The notes beneath the pieces are model-generated. The model saw only the letters and a program-made list of their open reading frames with translations. It ran no database searches and was not told the DNA's origin. DNA of 64,000 nt from Thermoanaerobaculia bacterium (GTDB lineage: Bacteria; Acidobacteriota; Thermoanaerobaculia; Multivoradales; JAGPDF01): NCBI GenBank assembly GCA_963699245.1, contig OY969426.1, positions 216,695 through 280,694 of the forward strand, in the 5' to 3' direction. Of the stretch, positions 53,756-63,766 are shown piece after piece. Made by a program: the position numbers and the translations under genes. The first letter of the stretch is position 1; every line of letters starts with the position of its first letter.

Positions 53756-56395
53756 TCAGCGCTGGAGAAGGCGGCTCCAGTTGAGCATCAGCGTGACCGG
53801 GGGCTTCGCCTGGTCCCCTTCCGGCGTCAAGGCCAGGAAGTGCTGTCCGTCGGGCGCCAGCCGGTAGCGATTGCGCGTCGAGACGAGCGGGATCGAAGTC
53901 ACGAAGGCCGCTTCCGGCACACCGATGTCGAACGACGCGCCGGTGGTGACCGGGACCCGCATCATCTTGCTCTCGGGAGAGAGGTAATAGAGCAGTTTGC
54001 CGTCCGGGCTCCAGCTCGGCTCCTGTCCGCCGTGGGTCGAGACCTGCCAGCGTCCGCTCGCGCCGCCGATGCCGACCACGTAGATCTCGGACTGGCCGGA
54101 CTCGCCCGATTCGAAAGCCAGCCAGCGCCCGTCGGGCGAGACGGCGGCGCGCACGTTGTAGAACTTGGAGGTGACGATGGCTTCCGCCTTCTCCGGGTGG
54201 CCGAGCGGCACCTTCCAGAGGCTCCACGTCGCGCCGGCCGGCTGGCGCTGGACGATGAGGTTCTGGCCGTCGGGAGTCTGAGAGACGGGGACGATGCGAT
54301 CCGGGCTTTCGAAGAGCGTCCGGTCGGTTCCGGTGCGATCGAGCGCCCGCTCGAGGATGCGGTAGTTCTGCCCGCTGACCACGCGCATGTAGATCACGAA
54401 ACGGCTGTCGCGGGAGAAGAGGGGTTGCGACTCGCCCCCTTCGTCGAACGTGAAGCGCGAAGAGACGCCGCGCTTGAGGTCTCGCACCCAGAGGTCGGCG
54501 CCGTCCGCCGTGCCGAGCTGATAGGCGAGCCAGCGGCCGTCCGGCGAGAGATCGAAGTTGTTGAGGGAATCCCCCTGCACGGCGGAGTCGGTGCGGGCAC
54601 CCTTGGCGTCGAGCCAGACGAACTGGGAGAGCCCGGCGCGACCGACGCGGTAGGCGAGCGTGCCGCTGCGCGATACCGAGAAATCGGCGAGGCCGACGGC
54701 GTCGGTGCCGAGCCCCTCGGCGACCGGGATCGGGTCGCCGGTCAGCTTGCCGCTGCCGGCGTCGAAGCGCTGCGCGACGAGCGTCTGCTCGCGCACGAAG
54801 AGCAGGAAGCCGGGGGGCGCGTACTCGACGCGCGACAGCCCGTTGACGACCTCACGGACGTTCTTGCCGTCGGCATCGGCGAGGCGGATCCCTTGGTCCT
54901 TGCCGGTGCCGAAGGAGACGTAGAGGAACTGCTTGCCGCCGGGCAGGAACTGCGGCCAGCCGACCTGGAGGTCCTTGGCTTCGATGAAAGCCGTCGCGAC
55001 GCCGCCGCCGGCGGAGACGCGCCAGATGGGGTCGTTCGTCTGGCCGTCGAAGAGGATCGTGCCCTGCTCGCTCCAGCTGCCGTCGGAGCCGTTCGGCGCG
55101 TCGCAGATCACCTGCGGCGGGCCGCCGGTGACCTCGACTTTCTTGAGCTTGCCGCCGGCGACGAAACCGAGGAATTTGGAGTCGGGGGACCAGAAGGGGC
55201 GGCGGGTCCCCTCGGTCCCGGGGAGCGGCTGAGCCTCGAGCGCGTTCATCGCCCGCACCCAGATTCGCGTCGTCCCGGAGTCATCCGTGCCGTCGAAGGC
55301 CAGGTACCGGCCGTCGGGCGAGAGCTTGGGGGAGCCGGCGACCAGCAGCTGCGGCGGCTGTGGAATCTGGAAGCGGACGAGCTCGGGTGCGACCGGCGTA
55401 CGGCGCACGAAGCCGACGGCGAGAGCGGCGGCGGCCAGCGTGGCGGCGGCGGCGAGCCCCCAGGCGAGCTTCTCGCGGTTCTTGCGGTGGTGCGCCACCG
55501 GCGCCGGCACGCCGACCTGCGAGCCCCCCTCGGCGATCCATGCCAGCTGCAGCCGCACGTCGTGCGCCGTGTGCCAGCGCTCCTTCGGGTCCTTCGCCAG
55601 ACAGGTCGCGATCACCCGGTCGAGCGCCGGCGGAGCCATCGGCGCGGTCGACGAGACCGGCGCCGGCGTCGAGTGCATGATCGAACCGATCAGGCTCGCC
55701 TGGCTCGATCCCGCGAACGCCTTCCGCCCCGTCGCCATCTCGTAGAGCACGCAGCCCAGCGCGAAGAGGTCCGTCCGCTGGTCCGCCTCCTTGCCCTCGA
55801 GCTGCTCCGGCGCCATGTACTGGAACGTCCCGAGGATCATTCCCTCGCCGGTCAGCGACACCGACAGCTGCTCAGTCTGCAACCGGCCGAGCGCCGTCTG
55901 GCTCGTCGGCGCCGCCGCCGCGTGCAGCTTCGCCAAGCCGAAATCGAGCAGCTTCACCCCGCGCTCGGTGACGAAGATGTTGCCCGGCTTCAGGTCGCGG
56001 TGGACGATTCCCGAGTTGTGCGCCTTCTCGAGCGCGTCGGCGATCTGGATGCCGAGCCGCAGGACCTGGTCGATCGGCAGCGGCCCCTTGGCGAGCCGGT
56101 CGGCGAGCGATTCGCCGTCGAGCAGCTCCATGACCAGGAAGTCGACGTCCCCTTCGCGGCCGACGTCGTAGAGGGTGCAGATGTTGGGATGCGAGAGCGA
56201 CGAGATCGCCTTCGCCTCGCGCTCGAAGCGCGAGCGCAGCTCCTCCGAGGCCGACAGGTGCTCGGGCAGCACTTTCACCGCCACCTGGCGGTCGAGACGG
56301 GTGTCGTTGGCGCGATAGACCTCGCCCATCCCGCCCGCGCCGAGCGGCGAAACGATTTCGTACGGTCCCAGGCGGGCGCCGGCGGCAAGGGTCAT
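53756..56395 (-). CDS. Ser/Thr protein kinase with TM segment and TolB-like beta-propeller (intact paralogue)
   Basis: ATG at 56395: MTLAAGARLGPYEIVSPLGAGGMGEVYRAND...HRDLKPGNIF...DFGLAK. TM LAWGLAAAATLAAAALAVGF. Repeated SPDG motifs (SPDGRYLAF, SPDGRWLAY, SPDGRWLAF, SPDGKLLYY). The ORF-track start at 56644 adds an implausible 83-aa leader. Confidence 0.85.
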   Translation of the reverse strand: MTLAAGARLGPYEIVSPLGAGGMGEVYRANDTRLDRQVAVKVLPEHLSASEELRSRFEREAKAISSLSHPNICTLYDVGREGDVDFLVMELLDGESLADRLAKGPLPIDQVLRLGIQIADALEKAHNSGIVHRDLKPGNIFVTERGVKLLDFGLAKLHAAAAPTSQTALGRLQTEQLSVSLTGEGMILGTFQYMAPEQLEGKEADQRTDLFALGCVLYEMATGRKAFAGSSQASLIGSIMHSTPAPVSSTAPMAPPALDRVIATCLAKDPKERWHTAHDVRLQLAWIAEGGSQVGVPAPVAHHRKNREKLAWGLAAAATLAAAALAVGFVRRTPVAPELVRFQIPQPPQLLVAGSPKLSPDGRYLAFDGTDDSGTTRIWVRAMNALEAQPLPGTEGTRRPFWSPDSKFLGFVAGGKLKKVEVTGGPPQVICDAPNGSDGSWSEQGTILFDGQTNDPIWRVSAGGGVATAFIEAKDLQVGWPQFLPGGKQFLYVSFGTGKDQGIRLADADGKNVREVVNGLSRVEYAPPGFLLFVREQTLVAQRFDAGSGKLTGDPIPVAEGLGTDAVGLADFSVSRSGTLAYRVGRAGLSQFVWLDAKGARTDSAVQGDSLNNFDLSPDGRWLAYQLGTADGADLWVRDLKRGVSSRFTFDEGGESQPLFSRDSRFVIYMRVVSGQNYRILERALDRTGTDRTLFESPDRIVPVSQTPDGQNLIVQRQPAGATWSLWKVPLGHPEKAEAIVTSKFYNVRAAVSPDGRWLAFESGESGQSEIYVVGIGGASGRWQVSTHGGQEPSWSPDGKLLYYLSPESKMMRVPVTTGASFDIGVPEAAFVTSIPLVSTRNRYRLAPDGQHFLALTPEGDQAKPPVTLMLNWSRLLQR

Positions 56396-56477
56396 CGGTG
56401 GTGTGGGGCGCACCCTACACGATGCCAACCGTGATTGCGAGCGCCGGATGGCGCGGGAGGGCGCCGGCCGTTGCCGG

Positions 56478-57479
56478 CTAGAGAGCGAGATCGGCGAGCA
56501 GGCGGTCGGGCTCGTCGACCGCGAGGGCGATCGTCGTGACGCGCCGCTTGCGGCCATAGGCGCCGATGGCTTCCACCGGGTCGGCGAGGTGGAGCCAGAG
56601 ATTCGCGCCGCCGAGCAGCGCGGCGCGCAGCGGCTTTTCGTCACCGCGAGGGGCCCGCCGCTCGATGCGGGAGATCGAAGTGCGCGGCACGCGCACGGTC
56701 CATCGGATGCCGGTGCGGATCAGGAGCGTTTCGGCGTCGAGGAGGATCGGCCGTGCCCGCGTGGCGCGCCAGTCGGCGATCAGGTAGATCAGCGTGTAGA
56801 GGCCGAAGGCGGTCACCAACCAGGCGGCGCGCGGGCTCCAGCGCGCGATCAGGAAGTGGAAAGGCACCGTCTCGGCGAGCACGACCAGGCCGAGCGCCGC
56901 GACCACCGGGCCGTAAGGAGTGCGCTGGTCGTAGCCGAACGCGGCAGCGCCGGCGGGCGCGTACGGCGCGCGGCGCGGGCCGAAGGCATAGGCGAGAACC
57001 GCGAGCTCGAAGGCGAGCGCCTCGGCGACGGCGGGATTCCAGAGGATGCCGCGCGACGCGCGACGAATGCGCGCCAGAAGATCGAGATCGGGGTCGACGG
57101 GGGCGCGCGACCGCACGCTCCTCGCCGCGCGGAGAGCGATCCAGCCGAGCAGCCCGAGCTCGGCGGGAGCGCCCAGGGTGCGCAGAGTCGTCACCAGCGT
57201 CTGCTCGTCCGCCGGCAGAAGTCGCGCGGCGGCCGCGACCGACAGGAGGAAGACCGGGATCAGGCTGACCGCCGGCCAGCGGCCGGCGCGCACCGGGAAG
57301 AGCCAGGCCAGGAAGGTGACCGTGAAGGTGAGATCGAAGGCGAGCGCCGCGGCGATGCGGTGCGGGTGGTCGAAGCCGGGAAGCGCCCTGACGATGACCG
57401 CGCCGAGCGCGTAGATGGCGGCGGCGCCGGCGACGAACGGCAGCACGGGGTGCCGAAGGCGTCTCGCGGTCGTGGCCAC
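56478..57479 (-). CDS. Integral membrane protein with C-terminal soluble (bPH-like?) domain, unknown function
   Basis: GTG start. Six or more hydrophobic helices (VLPFVAGAAAIYALGAVIV, LAFDLTFTVTFLAWLF, ...), then ILLDAETLLIRTGIRWTVRVPRTSISRIE. Confidence 0.5.
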   Translation of the reverse strand: MATTARRLRHPVLPFVAGAAAIYALGAVIVRALPGFDHPHRIAAALAFDLTFTVTFLAWLFPVRAGRWPAVSLIPVFLLSVAAAARLLPADEQTLVTTLRTLGAPAELGLLGWIALRAARSVRSRAPVDPDLDLLARIRRASRGILWNPAVAEALAFELAVLAYAFGPRRAPYAPAGAAAFGYDQRTPYGPVVAALGLVVLAETVPFHFLIARWSPRAAWLVTAFGLYTLIYLIADWRATRARPILLDAETLLIRTGIRWTVRVPRTSISRIERRAPRGDEKPLRAALLGGANLWLHLADPVEAIGAYGRKRRVTTIALAVDEPDRLLADLAL

Positions 57480-57489
57480 GAGGTGGATT

Positions 57490-59376
57490 TTACCGCGAGT
57501 AGTCGGTGAGCTCGCGCGGCGGCCAGGCCGCGCGCAGGGCGTTCAGCACCGCGGCGACGTCGATGACTTCCTGGGCGACGGCGCCAGCGACCGGCGACAG
57601 CAGGCCGACCGCCGCCAGGCCCATGCCGCCGATCGAGAGCGCCATGCCGCCGACGGCGCTCTGCAGCGCGATGGCGCGCATGCGGCGGCTGATGTGGAGG
57701 AAGACGTCGGCGCGCTCGAGCGAGCTGTCGAGCACCACGGCGCCCGCCGCCTCGGAGACGATGTCGCTGTTCTGGCCGAAGGCGATGCCGACCGTGGCGG
57801 CCGCCAGCGCCGGCGCGTCGTTGATCCCGTCGCCGAGGAAGAGAGTGGGAGCCCGCGCCGTCTCCTTCCGGACCAGGGCGAGCTTCTGTTCGGGCGTTTG
57901 CGAGAAGTGGACCTCCTCGATGCCGACGTGGGCGGCGAGGTAGCGAACTTCCGACTCGCGGTCGCCGGAGACCAGCAGGAGCCGCTCGAAGTGGTGACGC
58001 GGTCGGAGGTGCTTGACGAAGCTGGCGCCTTCATGGCGCGGCGTGTCGCGGAAGCGGAAGAGCGCCGCGAGGTCGCCGTCGACGAGGACGGCGCATTCCA
58101 TCCCGCCTTCGGAGGGAGGCAGGAGGGCGGCGTGCTCGGGGTCGCGCTCCACGGCGCGGGAGCGGCTGGTGATCTCGACCGTGCGCCCACCGAGCACGCC
58201 GCGCAGTCCCTCTCCGGGCCGCTCGGAGATCGAGGCGGCCTCGCGCGCCACGGTGTTGCGGAGCCGGGCGGCCTCGACCACGGCGCGCGCCAGAGGATGG
58301 CGGGAGTAACGCTCGAGGGTGGCGGTGTCGGCGAGAACGTCGATCTCTTCGTGGCCGGGGAGGGCGACGATGTCGGTCACCTGCGGCTCGCCGTAGGTGA
58401 GCGTTCCGGTCTTGTCGAAGATCGCCACCCGGCAGGTGTCGATCCGCTCGAGCACGGCGGGATCCTTGACGATAATGCCGCGCTTGGCGGCGAGCGAGAT
58501 CGAGCCGATGATCGCCACCGGAATGCCGATGAGGAGCGGACAGGGGGTGGCGACGACGAGCACGGCGAGGAAGCGGTGCGCCTGCCCGGTGAGGAGCCAG
58601 GCGCCGACGGCGATGGCGACCGCGATCGGGGTGTAGATGGCGCCGAGCTGGTCGCCGAGCCGGCGCAGGCGCGGCCGCTTCTGCTCGGACTCGCGCATGA
58701 CCGCGAGGATCTTCGCGTAGCGCGAGTCGACCGCGAGGCGGGCGGAGCGGACGACCAGCAGGGTGTCGCCGTTGATCGCGCCCGAGAGCACCGCCGAGCC
58801 CGGCGTCTTCGAGATCTCGTAGGGCTCGCCGGTCAGGTAGGACTCGTCCATCACGCCGTGTCCTTCGATGACCTCGCCGTCCACCGGGCAGATCTCGTGC
58901 GGAAAGACCTCGACCACGTCGCCGATGCGCAGGGCGTCGACGCCGACGTCTTCGGTCCGCCCGTCGGTGCGGCGGTGTGCGGTCGAGGGCATGCGGCGGG
59001 CGAGCGCCGCGAGCACCGAGGAGGCGCTGCGCACGGCGTAGGCCTCGAGCGTCTGTCCCCCCGAGAGCATCAGTACGACGAGGGTGCCGGCGAGGTACTC
59101 GTCGAGCGCCAGGGCGGTGACGATCGAGATGCCGGCGAGCAGGTCGGAGCCGAACTCGCCGCGCGCCGCGAGGCGGAGGAGCTTCCAGACGAGCGGCGCG
59201 CCGCCGAGCACGAGCGCCGCGAGCAGCGGCAGGTCGCGCCGGGCGACGGCGCCGAAGGCCGGGACGAGAGCGGCCGGCGAGAACCGGAGCGCCAGGTGGA
59301 CCGCGATCGCCACCAGGGCGCCGAGGGCGATCGGCCCTTCGGCGCTGCGCATCCAGGTCGGGAGTTTCGAGCTCAT
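57490..59376 (-). CDS. P1B-type heavy-metal ATPase with TPC(P) transmembrane motif and no N-terminal metal-binding domain
   Basis: ATG at 59376. [28 protein letters not shown] (HP motif), [10 protein letters not shown]. Only ~25 aa precede the first TM. 628 aa. Confidence 0.8.
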   Translation of the reverse strand: MSSKLPTWMRSAEGPIALGALVAIAVHLALRFSPAALVPAFGAVARRDLPLLAALVLGGAPLVWKLLRLAARGEFGSDLLAGISIVTALALDEYLAGTLVVLMLSGGQTLEAYAVRSASSVLAALARRMPSTAHRRTDGRTEDVGVDALRIGDVVEVFPHEICPVDGEVIEGHGVMDESYLTGEPYEISKTPGSAVLSGAINGDTLLVVRSARLAVDSRYAKILAVMRESEQKRPRLRRLGDQLGAIYTPIAVAIAVGAWLLTGQAHRFLAVLVVATPCPLLIGIPVAIIGSISLAAKRGIIVKDPAVLERIDTCRVAIFDKTGTLTYGEPQVTDIVALPGHEEIDVLADTATLERYSRHPLARAVVEAARLRNTVAREAASISERPGEGLRGVLGGRTVEITSRSRAVERDPEHAALLPPSEGGMECAVLVDGDLAALFRFRDTPRHEGASFVKHLRPRHHFERLLLVSGDRESEVRYLAAHVGIEEVHFSQTPEQKLALVRKETARAPTLFLGDGINDAPALAAATVGIAFGQNSDIVSEAAGAVVLDSSLERADVFLHISRRMRAIALQSAVGGMALSIGGMGLAAVGLLSPVAGAVAQEVIDVAAVLNALRAAWPPRELTDYSR

Positions 59377-59577
59377 CGTCGAAGGGAGGTGGGGGGCGGC
59401 GCGGGCGTTCGAGCGGCCGGCCGGGACGATTCTGGGGTGCCGGGGCACCGGGGGCGCCACCCTCGCGGGCGGCTCCGGCGGCATCCCGCCCCGCCGGAGG
59501 GTAGCAGCCGCCTCGCGGCGTATTGGCGGCGGCGGCGAAATCGCGTTACCTTCGGGCCGCTTCCGCTGGAGGTTCCC

Positions 59578-60441
59578 ATGCCCGCTCTCCGCACGGTCCT
59601 CTGTCCGGTCGACCTCTCCGAGCTCTCCGCACGCCAGACCGCGATCGCCGCCGAGATCTGTCGCGCCTTCGGCGCCCGCCTCGTGCTGCATCACAACATG
59701 AAGGGGGCGACGGCGGCCGGCGTCGGCTGGATGTGGGCGGCCGAGCATGGCGGCGTCGTCAGCGAGCAGCAGGCGGAGGATCGACTGCGCGCGCTGCAGG
59801 ACACGCTGCCGGCGAGCGTCGAGCACGAGGCGCGCCTGACTCACGGGCCCTCGACCCAGGCCGTGCTGGCGGTGGGCGAGGCGGTCGCCGCCGACCTGAT
59901 CGTGCTGAGCACCCACGGAGCGACCGACGACGGGCACACTTCGGTCAGCGAAGCGATCCTCGATCACTCGAACCGCGCGCTCCTCGTGCTGCACGAGCCC
60001 GCGATCGACCGCGAGGTGCCCCATTTCGGCGCCGTGACGGCGGAGCCGCAGCGCGTTCTCGTGCCGGTCGACCTTGGACCCGGCTCGCGCAGCGCGCTGG
60101 CCTTCGCGTTCGACCTGGCGCGCCTCATGGGGATGGAGCTGCACCTGCTGCACGTGGTCGAGAAGAGGGGGGGCGCGGCGGCCGGGGGCACGACGGAGCA
60201 ACTCGAAGCGCTGCGGCGCGAGGTCCCCGCAGCGCTGCAGTCGCGGGTCGAGCTGCACGTCGAGACCGGCGAGCCGGCGATCGCCATCTCCGACGCCGCG
60301 CGGCGCCTGGGAGTCGCCTGCATCGTGATGGGGGAGCACTCCCACCGCACGCTACGCAGCTGGTTCCGCCACGATCACGCGCGGGACGTCCTCCACCACG
60401 CGCCCTGCCCGGTCTGGTACGTGCCGAATCCGGCCGCCTGA
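59578..60441 (+). CDS. Tandem universal stress protein (2x UspA domains)
   Basis: GGAGG-N5-ATG at 59578. [13 protein letters not shown]...LIVLSTHG and [12 protein letters not shown]...IVMGEHS...[12 protein letters not shown]. Confidence 0.8.
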   Translation: MPALRTVLCPVDLSELSARQTAIAAEICRAFGARLVLHHNMKGATAAGVGWMWAAEHGGVVSEQQAEDRLRALQDTLPASVEHEARLTHGPSTQAVLAVGEAVAADLIVLSTHGATDDGHTSVSEAILDHSNRALLVLHEPAIDREVPHFGAVTAEPQRVLVPVDLGPGSRSALAFAFDLARLMGMELHLLHVVEKRGGAAAGGTTEQLEALRREVPAALQSRVELHVETGEPAIAISDAARRLGVACIVMGEHSHRTLRSWFRHDHARDVLHHAPCPVWYVPNPAA

Positions 60442-60473
60442 CGGCTCGTCGAAGATCCGTCCAGACGCGAAAA

Positions 60474-60513
60474 AGCCCGCCGGAGTCGCCTCCGGCGGGC
60501 TCTGATTTTCTCT
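60474..60513. terminator. Bidirectional rho-independent terminator (AGCCCGCCGGAG-tcgc-CTCCGGCGGGCT flanked by AAAA and TGATTTTCTCT)
   Basis: Perfect 12-bp stem with a 4-nt loop, an A-run upstream and a T-rich run downstream. Sits between the convergent USP and TonB-receptor genes. Confidence 0.75.
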
Positions 60514-60523
60514 GCCGGTTCTC

Positions 60524-62836
60524 TTAGTTGCCGAACCGGGTGACGAACTGGAGCCCGATGACGCGCGGGTCGTTGGTCATGCCGGTCAGGTTGTCGAAGT
60601 CGATGGCGCTCTGGACGATCTCCGCGTTGGTGAGGTTGCGCGCGAAGAGATTGAGCTCGTACTTCGCCTCGGCGAAGGTGTAGCCGAGCTTGAGGCCGAA
60701 CTCGAGCGAGTCGGCGTGAAACTCCTTCGACTGGTAGAGGAAGAAGCTCTTGTCGCTCTGGTAGGCCCAGTCGAAGCTGGCGAGCACGAGTCCGGAGCCC
60801 ATCGGCCGGCGATAGTCGACGATGCCGTTGAAGATCCACTCGGGCGCGTTCGGCAGCGGGTTGCCGTCGAGGAGCGCCCGGGTGCCCGTCGATCCGCCCG
60901 GGATGGTCGGATCGAGCACCGTGCAGGCTCGGCAGGCGTCGGTATAGAGGCTCGGATCCTTGATCTTGGTGTGGTTGTAGCTGCCGCCCAGGGTGATCAG
61001 CCACTCGTTCGAAGGCGCGATGTCGACGTTGGCCTCAAAGCCGTAACCGTCGGTCTTGTCGGCGTTGATCAGCACCGCGACATTCGAGCCGCCGCCGACC
61101 GCGACGAGCTGCTGGTCGTTGACCTGGTAGTCATAGACGGCGACGTTGAGACGCAGGCGGCGATCGAGCAGCTCACTCTTGACGCCGACTTCCGCCGAGG
61201 TGATCTTCTCTTCCTTCGCGACGGACACGTTGTTGGTAATCGGATCGCCGCTGAAGAGAATCCGGCCCTGAATCGATGGCGCGCGGAAGCCGGTACCGAT
61301 GCGGCCGTAGACGTTGACGTCCTGGTTGACCTTGTAGGTCGCCGAAAGGTCGCCGGTCACCAGGTCGGCGTCGGTGCTCTTTTTGATCGGTGCGGCAGTT
61401 GGCGGCAGGAAGCCGCCATAAATCCTCTCGGCCGAGAAGTCTTTCTCGTCCTTCGTGTAGCGCAGGCCGCCCTTCATCGCCCACTTGTCGTTCGGACGCC
61501 AGTCGAGCGAGCCGAAGAGCGCCCACGACTTAGCGTCCTGCTGCTGGGTGGCGAGGCCATCCTCCGGGTTGCCGGGCGCCAGGCTGTTGTAGCTGTGGGT
61601 CTCGGCCTCGAGGTTCTCGTCGAAGTAGAAGAAGCCCGCCAGCCAGTCCCACTCGCCGCCACTGTGGCTGGCAATGCGCAGCTCCTGCGTGAACTGGTCG
61701 AGGTTCGGAATGCCGTCGGCCGTCTCGGACTGGAACGGAATGAAGCCGGGGCCGTTGGGCAGGCCGCAGAAGCCGCAGCCGTAGCCGCCGTCGATGTCGC
61801 CGCGCGACAGCATGTGCAGCGTCTCGTAGCCGGTGACCGAGGTCAGCGTCGCGCCGCCGAGCTCCCAGTTCATCTTGAGGGCGCCGCCGCGCGAGGTGAT
61901 GTCCTGCTGGTTCCTGCCGTCCTGCGCGACCTTGCCCTGGTCGTAGCCGGAGACGAGGTCGTTGCTGCCCGGCTTCAGGATGTTGGCGCGGAAGATGCGC
62001 GCCGTGCCGTCGCTGATGTTCCAGCCGTGCAGGTTGAGCAGCGCGTTGAAGTCCTGGCTCGGCTCCCAGAGGAGCTGGCCGCGGAAAGCGACCGTCCCGT
62101 AGCCGCCGAGCGCGTTGTTCTTGCCGGTGAAGGTGTTGTCGACCCAGTCGTCCTGCGACTGGTAGAGCACCGAGCCGCGCGCCGAGAGCGTCGAGGTGAG
62201 CCCGCCGCCGACGGCAGCCTGGACGTCCGTGTTGCCGTAGGTGCCGTAGGACGCCTGCGCCCAGCCTTCGTACTTCTGCGACGGCTTCCGGGTGTCGAAC
62301 TTGACGACGCCGGCCGGCGTGTTGCGGCCGAACAGGGTCCCCTGCGGTCCGCGCAGCACTTCGACGTGGTCGAGGTCGAAGAGCGGCATGCCCTTGACGA
62401 CCGGGTTCTCGAGCACGATGTCGTCGACCACCATGGAGACCGGCTGCGAGGCGTTGAGGTCGAAGTCGGTGTTGCCGAGCCCGCGGATGTAGAAGCGGGG
62501 GAAGGCGCGCCCGAACGAGGACTCGAGCACGAGGCTCGGCACGCGGCCGGAGAGCACCCTGACGTCGCCGCCGCCGGCCGAGATGGTCTGCAGCTGGTCG
62601 GCGTCGAGGGTCGACATCGCGATCGGCACTTCCTGGATGTTCTCCTCGCGCTTCTGCGGCGTGACGAAAATCTCGTCGAGGACGACCGGCTGATTTTCCG
62701 GGTTGTCGGCCGCTTCGGCCTGGGTGTCGGCCGGTTGGTCGGCCGGCGGCTGGGCGAGAACGGGGCCGCTGCCGGCGGCCAGCGAGACGACGAGGACGGC
62801 GCCTGCGAACACACGCCGGACGAACGAATCGAACAT
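60524..62836 (-). CDS. TonB-dependent receptor
   Basis: GGAGGAG RBS, then ATG at 62836. Signal peptide VFAGAVLVVSLAAGSGPVLA. Plug DEIFVTPQKREENIQEVPIAMSTL, VEVLRGPQGTLFGRNTPAGVV. Long beta-barrel, 770 aa. Confidence 0.85.
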   Translation of the reverse strand: MFDSFVRRVFAGAVLVVSLAAGSGPVLAQPPADQPADTQAEAADNPENQPVVLDEIFVTPQKREENIQEVPIAMSTLDADQLQTISAGGGDVRVLSGRVPSLVLESSFGRAFPRFYIRGLGNTDFDLNASQPVSMVVDDIVLENPVVKGMPLFDLDHVEVLRGPQGTLFGRNTPAGVVKFDTRKPSQKYEGWAQASYGTYGNTDVQAAVGGGLTSTLSARGSVLYQSQDDWVDNTFTGKNNALGGYGTVAFRGQLLWEPSQDFNALLNLHGWNISDGTARIFRANILKPGSNDLVSGYDQGKVAQDGRNQQDITSRGGALKMNWELGGATLTSVTGYETLHMLSRGDIDGGYGCGFCGLPNGPGFIPFQSETADGIPNLDQFTQELRIASHSGGEWDWLAGFFYFDENLEAETHSYNSLAPGNPEDGLATQQQDAKSWALFGSLDWRPNDKWAMKGGLRYTKDEKDFSAERIYGGFLPPTAAPIKKSTDADLVTGDLSATYKVNQDVNVYGRIGTGFRAPSIQGRILFSGDPITNNVSVAKEEKITSAEVGVKSELLDRRLRLNVAVYDYQVNDQQLVAVGGGSNVAVLINADKTDGYGFEANVDIAPSNEWLITLGGSYNHTKIKDPSLYTDACRACTVLDPTIPGGSTGTRALLDGNPLPNAPEWIFNGIVDYRRPMGSGLVLASFDWAYQSDKSFFLYQSKEFHADSLEFGLKLGYTFAEAKYELNLFARNLTNAEIVQSAIDFDNLTGMTNDPRVIGLQFVTRFGN

Positions 62837-62963
62837 GGGGAAATCTCCTCCTGGAGGTCTGACGGCGAACTCTAGCACCGGCCCGGACCGCCCGCGGGGG
62901 TGGCGGCGGAAACGGCCCGGAGGGTGCAAGCTGGGGCTCACCGTTGTCGCGAGGAGGCTTCGG

Positions 62964-63719
62964 ATGAGAACTCCGCTCCGGCTCTCCCTGGCATTGTCGC
63001 TCCCGATCCTGGCCGCGCTCTCGGCGCCGCCGGGGCAGGCGGCCGAGGAAGGCGGCTGGTCGGCGACGATCTACGTCCAGGAAGCGTTCCCCAAGCAAAC
63101 CCGGACCAACGCCCAGATCGACCAGATCAACGCCATGTTCGGCACCGATTTCGACACCTGGGACGACATCCACAACCTGAGCCTCGGCGGCAAGCTCTAT
63201 CGGCGCGTCGCGCCACGCTGGTGGGTCGGCGTCGAGGCCGACTGGAGCGCCGGCGAGATCACGGGCGACGCGACGATCGACACGCTCGCCGGGCCGGCGA
63301 AGCTCTCCTTCGAGCAGCGCTACTCGGTCTACGCCGACCTGATGGCCGCGGCGCACTTCCTCTTCTGCGACCCCTGCGGCCGAGTCGAGCCCTTTCTGCT
63401 GATGGGCGCCGGCGTCGGCTACGAGAAGGACAAGACGACGCTGACGCTGCGCAACGACTATCTCGACGAAGGGCTCGAGGTGCGCAACGACGGCTGGTTC
63501 CCGGTCGGCACCGCCGGGCTGGGGCTCAACGTGGCGCTGTCGAAGAGCCACCCCTACTTTCTCGAGATGGGCGTCGCCTACTTCTGGGGGCGACTGGTGC
63601 ACCAGGCCACGGCGACCGGCTCTCTGGCGCCGGCACCCGAGGTGACCGCCGACACGGACTCGACCGGGCCGAACTACTGGCTCGGCTTCGCGTGGCGTTT
63701 CGGCGCCCCGCCGAAGTGA
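62964..63719 (+). CDS. Outer-membrane beta-barrel protein (unknown family)
   Basis: GAGGAGG RBS, then ATG at 62964. Signal peptide LSLALSLPILAALSAPPGQA. Alternating beta pattern, ...NYWLGFAWRF near the C-terminus. Confidence 0.6.
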   Translation: MRTPLRLSLALSLPILAALSAPPGQAAEEGGWSATIYVQEAFPKQTRTNAQIDQINAMFGTDFDTWDDIHNLSLGGKLYRRVAPRWWVGVEADWSAGEITGDATIDTLAGPAKLSFEQRYSVYADLMAAAHFLFCDPCGRVEPFLLMGAGVGYEKDKTTLTLRNDYLDEGLEVRNDGWFPVGTAGLGLNVALSKSHPYFLEMGVAYFWGRLVHQATATGSLAPAPEVTADTDSTGPNYWLGFAWRFGAPPK

Positions 63720-63766
63720 GCGCCAGGCGCCCGCGCGCGCCCCGCTGCCGTTAGAGTCGCCGCGAC

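Noticed and set aside
62837-62963. Possible riboswitch (for example cobalamin) in front of the TonB-dependent receptor
   Set aside because: The spacer is only 127 bp and is shared with a divergent gene. Each gene has an SD sequence close to its start. There is no room or conserved core for a ~200-nt riboswitch.
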